Shown here: positions 55,813 through 64,000 of the stretch, piece after piece | Position numbering within the stretch: position 1 is the stretch's first letter | How the letters are laid out: each line of letters starts with the position of its first letter | NCBI GenBank assembly: GCA_951406725.2 | Contig: OX597824.1 | Location: 39,122,001 to 39,186,000, forward strand | Direction of reading: 5' to 3' | Length of the DNA: 64,000 nt | Source: Octopus vulgaris | Taxonomy: Eukaryota | Notes under the pieces: generated by a model | The model's database searches: none | Told to the model about the DNA's origin: nothing | Seen by the model: the letters and a program-made list of their open reading frames with translations, nothing else | Translations under genes and position numbers: made by a program

Positions 55813-56236
55813 GTGGTAACTGCACTTTTAAACAATAATCACTGAGGCTAAACAACAACAGTAACCCATACATTGCATAATCTATTTCGTTTTTAACAAA
55901 TTTATACATTTCGAAATCCACTTGAGAAATATGAAATATAAAAGCAGGATTAGTAAATATATGGCATAATTATAAATAATTCCAGTTTAGAAGTAAGGAC
56001 TGTATTGAAATTAGCGTTCTCTTAGAATTTCTATGGCAATGCACGAAATAGCCAGAAGGTAATATCATGAGTTGTAATCAAGGAATTGTGTTACGGCATC
56101 AAGATTAGCCGGATTCCATTCGAAAAATAGGAAATCCAATGTATAAATTTAGACTTGATCTTTCGAGATATCCGAGATCAAATAATTCTGTCTAAAGTGT
56201 GATTCGAGAATTACATACGTAGCTAATCTTTCTCTC

Positions 56237-56272
<36 letters not shown>

Positions 56273-56500
56273 GCATATATGTATATATATATGTATATAC
56301 ACACACACACAAACACACACACATATATACATCTGTGATAAAGAATTATATAGGAATCTATGAACATTTCTATGACTTTGATGTGTGAGAACCGTTTCAA
56401 GATTACATAGATGTGCCTATCTTCTTCCACATCTGATAGCATAAACAACTGCTATAATATCTAGCAGTTAGTAAGTAAGCTACCATTGTATAGATACATC

Positions 56501-56570
<70 letters not shown>

Positions 56571-56917
56571 CTTTTCATATACGCAATACACTTTTTTTCT
56601 TTTATTTGTCTCATTCATTTGATTACGGCCATGCTGGGGCACCACCTTTAGTCGAACAGATCGAGCCCGGGACTTAAATCAACATCGGTTGTCAAGCGAT
56701 GGTGTAGGTGGGGAGAACAAACACAGACACACAAACATATATGTATATATATATAAATTCTATAATTATGAGTATAATTATAATTAAGGTTCAGCAAAAA
56801 TTTGCTTTACCACATACTGAAATTTAGAAATAGCAGTTAAACTATACCGATAATGTTTCTTTTAACGTACCGAACTACTTGGTAAAATTATTAATCATTA
56901 ATTAATTATTTTTACCC

Positions 56918-56979
<62 letters not shown>

Positions 56980-56985
56980 ATATAT

Positions 56986-57150
56986 ACGACAGGCTTCTTT
57001 CAGTTTCCTTCTACCAAATCCACTCACAAGGCTTTGGTCGGCCCGAGGCTATAGTAGAAGACACTTGCCCAAGGTGCCACGCAGTCTGACTGAACCCGGA
57101 ACCATGTGGCTGGTAAGCAAGCTACTTACCAGACAGCCACTTCTGTGCCT
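56986..57150 (-). mobile_element. SINE family C
   Basis: Reverse complement of the 48141-48305 type. Confidence 0.8.
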
Positions 57151-57351
57151 ATTTAATACGTTCTATGATAACTTTATTTCTTTCCTTATATTCACTCTAA
57201 AATATTTAAGAGCTTTGTGTTTGCATTTCTTTATAATTTTATTAACTTTCTACACGTATATATATTTATATATTTATGTGTGTTGAGCGTGCGTGTGTGC
57301 TTATATATATGTATATTTCTGTGTATGTGTATGTATGTGTGTAATCTAATA

Positions 57352-57490
<139 letters not shown>

Positions 57491-57504
57491 GTGTGTATGT
57501 TATG

Positions 57505-57546
<42 letters not shown>

Positions 57547-57995
57547 CTACTTGCTTTCTCTTTATGTGTATACATACATGTTGATATATTCATACCAAGA
57601 ATTTTCTTGCCATTATACAAACCTGTTAATTGTCAATCTGGCTAGAATCCTTATGTTGACAGTGTTACGACCTTCTAAAAGGCCGTTGGCGTTTTTGTTT
57701 TCTCCCTCTCAACAGTTTGAATTCCGCCACTTTCCATCTATCTCGATTCCGTATTTTCTGTCTGGCTTCTTATGGTTAGTCATATGTACAACGAGTATTA
57801 GCATACATAATATATGAAAGATGTATGCGTATAAATAGTTATTTATATAGGGTTCATCATACGCTTGTTTCTATATGCACGCATATATATACACAAAATT
57901 ATCTAAATTTATATATTTCAGAGAGTGGCTTTTACTCTTCAAACTCTAAACTCATTTTCCTACATTATTTTATATTCTTTAGACGTTGATCTTTT

Positions 57996-58056
<61 letters not shown>

Positions 58057-58291
58057 CACACACAGGTATAAGTTAAAAGTGTTTAAAGCCTCTAAGGGAT
58101 AGATATATCCAAAGGCATTTTTGGTAATTATCTCAGTGGATATATTCCTTGGTAAAAGGTATACGGCAGCAGGTAATTTAGCGGGAAACAGTAGTTTAAT
58201 TTATATAGATCGTTTTTGTTTTGTTTTTTGTTTTTAGAAAAACATAAAAATGGACAAGAAGTACACTCTAAGAAGTAGAACAGTCTGTATT

Positions 58292-58764
58292 TATTACTGA
58301 TGAAGGCCTGTTTATAGGATTACCCTGGGTTGCTCGCCATAGAAAAAGTATCTTTCTGGCGTATTACCAGACCCTAAGACTCGTTGGCCTATGGCCTTTT
58401 TAACGTATGGAGGATGAAACGAACCGGATACAAACAATGGAAGTTAATTTCATCTTCTGGTGGTCATCGGCTGGTCATCGACTTGTCATCGGCTGGTCAT
58501 CCGTTTCGGATTATGTCATCTTATTTCAGCTACTCAACCTGTCCGCTGTGAGGGTAGAATGTAGGGGTTATCTTCCACTCTCATCAGCACTGAATTTCTA
58601 GCCGTGATGCAAATATTATTGTTGCTACTACAGCTACTACCGTTATTATGCGGTTTCCAAAAGGCTAATAGGAACAAGTCTTAGGGTCAGGTGATACGCC
58701 ATAAAGAGTATATTTATGGCGAGAAACCCAGGGTAACTCTACAAACAGGCCTTTACTAGTAATA
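58292..58764. repeat. Inverted repeat of ~105-bp arms, each a decayed hammerhead
   Basis: Right arm agggt-CAGGTGA-tacgccataaa..tttatggcga-GAAACCCAGGGTA-actct (58683-58740); left arm is the diverged reverse complement. Confidence 0.75.
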
Positions 58765-58995
58765 TATACATATATCTAATATAGATAAAATTTTTCGAAA
58801 AAAATTTTATCAATGGCCAGCATATTAAAAAATACCTTTAAAGGTTAAATTTATAAACAACTTATAAACAAGGGCAAAAGAAATAATTTCTAATGCCAAA
58901 TATGTCGAAAATAGACAAAATGTCAATAACCATATAATTTATCACTATTAACATGCGTCTTGAAGTAAGCCGAGAGAAATTTCTAAAAATTCCGT

Positions 58996-59105
<110 letters not shown>

Positions 59106-59118
59106 ATTATATAGAAGG

Positions 59119-59169
59119 AGCTTCTACAGGACTAGTACTGTTTCATTCAAGAGAAATCTTCAGGAAGCT
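59119..59169 (-). ncRNA. Type I hammerhead ribozyme
   Basis: agcttc-CTGAAGA-tttc tctt gaat-GAAACAG tactagtc CTGTA-gaagct. Confidence 0.8.
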
Positions 59170-59550
59170 ATTTAACAAGAATTGTATTAGCATTTATACA
59201 TTTAGGCAGGTTTAAAGGAGTGGTGGTGGGGGACTTTTTGGGGGTAGGCATAGCGCAAAATATCATACTTGGGGGAGTGGTCAAGGAGTCAGTGGTAAGT
59301 TAGATGAAAGAATAGATAAATAAAAAAATAAAAAAATAAAAAATAAAAAAATAAAATAAAAAAATAAAAAAATAAAATAAAAAATATAAAAAATATATAT
59401 AAAAAAATATATATATAAAATATATATATAAAAATATATATATAAAAAAAGGGGGGATAGAGTTATAGGTAAATAAGGAGATTCTCACTTATACCTATAC
59501 ACACATGTATACGTATCTACACACACATACATACATACACACATATATAT

Positions 59551-59591
<41 letters not shown>

Positions 59592-60049
59592 CCTACACAT
59601 ACACACATACATACATACAAATATACATATACATATATATATATATACAATCCAATACAGGCCCATTCCTAATTTTAATTTTATTATCTTCATTTATTAC
59701 TTTTGTTATCTTTGATCGCTAGGGCTAAGAATCCTGGCAATGGCTGCATGTCCATTTGTCTGTCTACTAGAAGGCAAGTACTCATTCCCGCACGCACACT
59801 CATTAGCACGTACATTCACCCATTCGTACACTCATACACATACACGTACGCACGCGTTATATTCATACATACAATCATCTACATACGTTCACGTATATAC
59901 ACATACGTACTCGTACCTACAGATTCGTGTCTACACTTTAGGAGGCTAGTCTATACATATACACCAATAAATATATATATATATATATATACCCGCATGT
60001 ACATACACACACACACATATATACTCCTACATACAGATACATACCTATA

Positions 60050-60095
<46 letters not shown>

Positions 60096-60585
60096 CATAC
60101 ACATACACACATACATATACACACACATACATACACATATATATACATACACAAACATATATACACACATATATATATACATACACACATACACACATAC
60201 ATACGTATACATACATACATACATCCATACATCCATACTTACATGCATTTATACGCATACACACACCCATCTATATATATGTATATATATATATATATAT
60301 ATACACACTCACACATACATATACAAATCTACGCACACACATACATACATACACGTATACGCATACACGCACATACACATATACATGCGTACCCATACAC
60401 GTGCACACACGCACGCGCATCCATATATATACACACACACACACATATATACACGTGTGCAAGCATACATACATACTCATACGCGCACACATACTTACAA
60501 ATACATATATGCACACACTTACACACATATATATACATACACATATACATGCATACATACATATATGCATGCATACACACACGCA

Positions 60586-60640
<55 letters not shown>

Positions 60641-60695
60641 TACATAGATATATATACACATACATACACATACACATACATACACACATATACAC

Positions 60696-60732
<37 letters not shown>

Positions 60733-60933
60733 TACATACATACACATATACATACATATACATACACACACACTTACATATATACATATACATACACATA
60801 CCCATACATACACATGCATATACTTATATCACTACATACTCACATATATAAACATATATACATATACACACATACACATATACATGTACATACACATACG
60901 TATGCATATATACATATATACATATATATACAC

Positions 60934-60970
<37 letters not shown>

Positions 60971-61228
60971 TACATATACACATATACATGTATACATACG
61001 CAAAAATGATACACATATATACACATACACACACACAGACAGATGCATATACATACATATATATATATAAACTACATATCTATATAAATACATACATAAT
61101 ACACATATACACACACATATATATACATTCATGCATATACATATACAAGTATACATACACATACATACACACACACGCGCACACATACATATACACACAC
61201 ACATATACAAATACATACATACACACAT

Positions 61229-61261
<33 letters not shown>

Positions 61262-61270
61262 CATACATGT

Positions 61271-61308
<38 letters not shown>

Positions 61309-61673
61309 GCTTGTATGTGTGTGTGTGTGTATATGTGTATATGTGTTTGTATGTATATGTGTATATATGTATATGCATATGTATGTGTAAATGTATGTGC
61401 TTATGTATGTGTATGTATGTATAAAATATTATATAATTAGGGCTTAGGAAAATAAAATAAATTACTTTGCCACATACTAAACTTTCTAGAAATAGCAGCC
61501 AATAAAGTTTTTTAGCCTCTTCCACTACTTAGAGAATTTTTTTCCCTCTAACATTGTTTACTCAAAATAATAATGGTCCCTTTACATACTGAACACTTGA
61601 TGAAATTGATTAATAACTAATTAACTTTACCCTCCCTTGTTGATATATATATACATATGTATATGTGTACATG

Positions 61674-61718
<45 letters not shown>

Positions 61719-61980
61719 ATGTGTGTATGTATGTATTTGTATATATATGTGTGTGTGTATATGTATGTGTGCGCGTGTGTGTGTATGTATGTGTATGTAT
61801 ACTTGTATATGTATATGCATGAATGTATATATATGTGTGTGTATATGTGTATTATGTATGTATTTATATAGATATGTAGTTTATATATATATATGTATGT
61901 ATATGCATCTGTCTGTGTGTGTGTATGTGTATATATGTGTATCATTTTTGCGTATGTATACATGTATATGTGTATATGTA

Positions 61981-62019
<39 letters not shown>

Positions 62020-62224
62020 GTGTATATATATGTATATATGTATATATGCATACGTATGTGTATGTACATGTATATGTGTATGTGTGTATATGTATATATG
62101 TTTATATATGTGAGTATGTAGTGATATAAGTATATGCATGTGTATGTATGGGTATGTGTATCAGTGTATATGTATATATGTATGTGTGTGTGTATGTATA
62201 TGTATGTATATGTGTATGTATGTA

Positions 62225-62257
<33 letters not shown>

Positions 62258-62326
62258 GTATATGTGTATATGTGTGTATGTATGTGTATGTGTATGTATG
62301 TGTATATATATCTATGTATGTATATG

Positions 62327-62368
<42 letters not shown>

Positions 62369-62862
62369 TGCGTGTGTGTATGCATGCATATATGTATGTA
62401 TGCATGTATATGTGTATGTATATATATGTGTGTAAGTGTGTGCATATATGTATTTGTAAGTATGTGTGCGCGTATGAGTATGTATGTATGCTTGCACACG
62501 TGTATATATATGTGTGTGTGTGTGTATATATATGGATGCGCGTGCGTGTGTGCACGTGTATGGGTACGCATGTATATGTGTATGTGCGTGTATGCGTATA
62601 CGTGTATGTATGTATGTGTGTGCGTAGATTTGTATATGTATGTGTGAGTGTGTATATATATATATATATATATATACATATATATAGATGGGTGTGTGTA
62701 TGCGTATAAATGCATGTAAGTATGGATGTATGGATGTATGTATGTATGTATACGTATGTATGTGTGTATGTGTGTATGTATATATATATGTGTGTATATA
62801 TGTTTGTGTATGTATATATATGTGTATGTATGTGTGTGTATATGTATGTGTGTATGTGTATG

Positions 62863-62908
<46 letters not shown>

Positions 62909-63367
62909 TATAGGTATGTATCTGTATGTAGGAGTATATATGTGTGTGTGTGTATGTACATGCGGGTATATATATATATATGTATATTTATTGGTGTATA
63001 TGTATAGACTAGCCTCCTAAAGTGTAGACACGAATCTGTAGGTACGAGTACGTATGTGTATATACGTGAACGTATGTAGATGATTGTATGTATGAATATA
63101 ACGCGTGCGTACGTGTATGTGTATGAGTGTACGAATGGGTGAATGTACGTGCTAATGAGTGTGCGTGCGGGAATGAGTACTTGCCTTCTAGTAGACAGAC
63201 AAATGGACATGCAGCCATTGCCAGGATTCTTAGCCCTAGCGATCAAAGATAACAAAAGTAATAAATGAAGATAATAAAATTAAAATTAGGGAATGGGCCT
63301 GTATTGGATTGTATATATATATATATGTATATGTATATTTGTATGTATGTATGTGTGTATGTGTAGG

Positions 63368-63410
<43 letters not shown>

Positions 63411-63818
63411 ATATATATGTGTGTATGTATGTATGTGTGTGTAGATACGTATACATGTGTGTATAGGTATAAGTGAGAATCTCCTTATTTACCTATAACT
63501 CTATCCCCCCTTTTTTTATATATATATTTTTATATATATATTTTATATATATATTTTTTTATATATATTTTTTATATTTTTTATTTTTTTATTTTTTTAT
63601 TTTATTTTTTTATTTTTTTATTTTTTTATTTTTTTATTTTTTTATTTTTTTATTTTTTATTTTTTTATTTTTTTATTCTTTCATCTAACTTACCACTGAC
63701 TCCTTGACCACTCCCCCAAGTATGATATTTTGCGCTATGCCTACCCCCAAAAAGTCCCCCACCACCACTCCTTTAAACCTGCCTAAATGTATAAATGCTA
63801 ATACAATTCTTGTTAAAT

Positions 63819-63869
63819 AGCTTCCTGAAGATTTCTCTTGAATGAAACAGTACTAGTCCTGTAGAAGCT
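63819..63869 (+). ncRNA. Type I hammerhead ribozyme
   Basis: Identical motif to 59119-59169 on the opposite strand. Confidence 0.8.
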
Positions 63870-63952
63870 CCTTCTATATAATAAATTAATTTTACTCTGC
63901 TATGTATTGAGTACCTTACTTACTGTGGTTAACCCCGAATCAACCCGGGACC

Positions 63953-64000
<48 letters not shown>

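Noticed and set aside
59703-63255. Long ORFs of 200-364 aa rich in Y/I/H/T/C/V/M
   Set aside because: Translations of TA/CA microsatellite lacking stop codons; mirrored by the inverted repeat; no domain motifs

Overview
AT-rich animal genomic DNA dominated by microsatellites ((TA)n, (CA)n, (GATA)n, (TACA)n, (AAT)n) and transposon relics. The SINE repertoire resembles what I recall from Octopus/cephalopod genomes (inference, not verified). I find no convincing host protein-coding exon; most listed ORFs are microsatellite artefacts. Recognisable elements are two decayed Tc1 and one mariner transposon, two Helitron clusters (one carrying a Pif1 helicase fragment), R4/Dong-, CR1/Jockey- and L1/Tx1-like LINE fragments, Penelope-like element (PLE) RT and GIY-YIG fragments, and several tRNA-derived SINE families. 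The most striking signal is about 20 type I hammerhead ribozyme (HHR) motifs, intact or decayed, from several unrelated sequence families. Many occur as back-to-back (divergent) pairs whose 3' ends run into (TA)n tracts. They include a non-coding 475-bp retrozyme-like unit in tandem plus inverted, circularly permuted copies, a 362-bp unit with a U3-A8 compensatory core, and a ~4.85-kb HHR-terminated palindrome. All structures were read by eye; activity is untested and boundaries are approximate.
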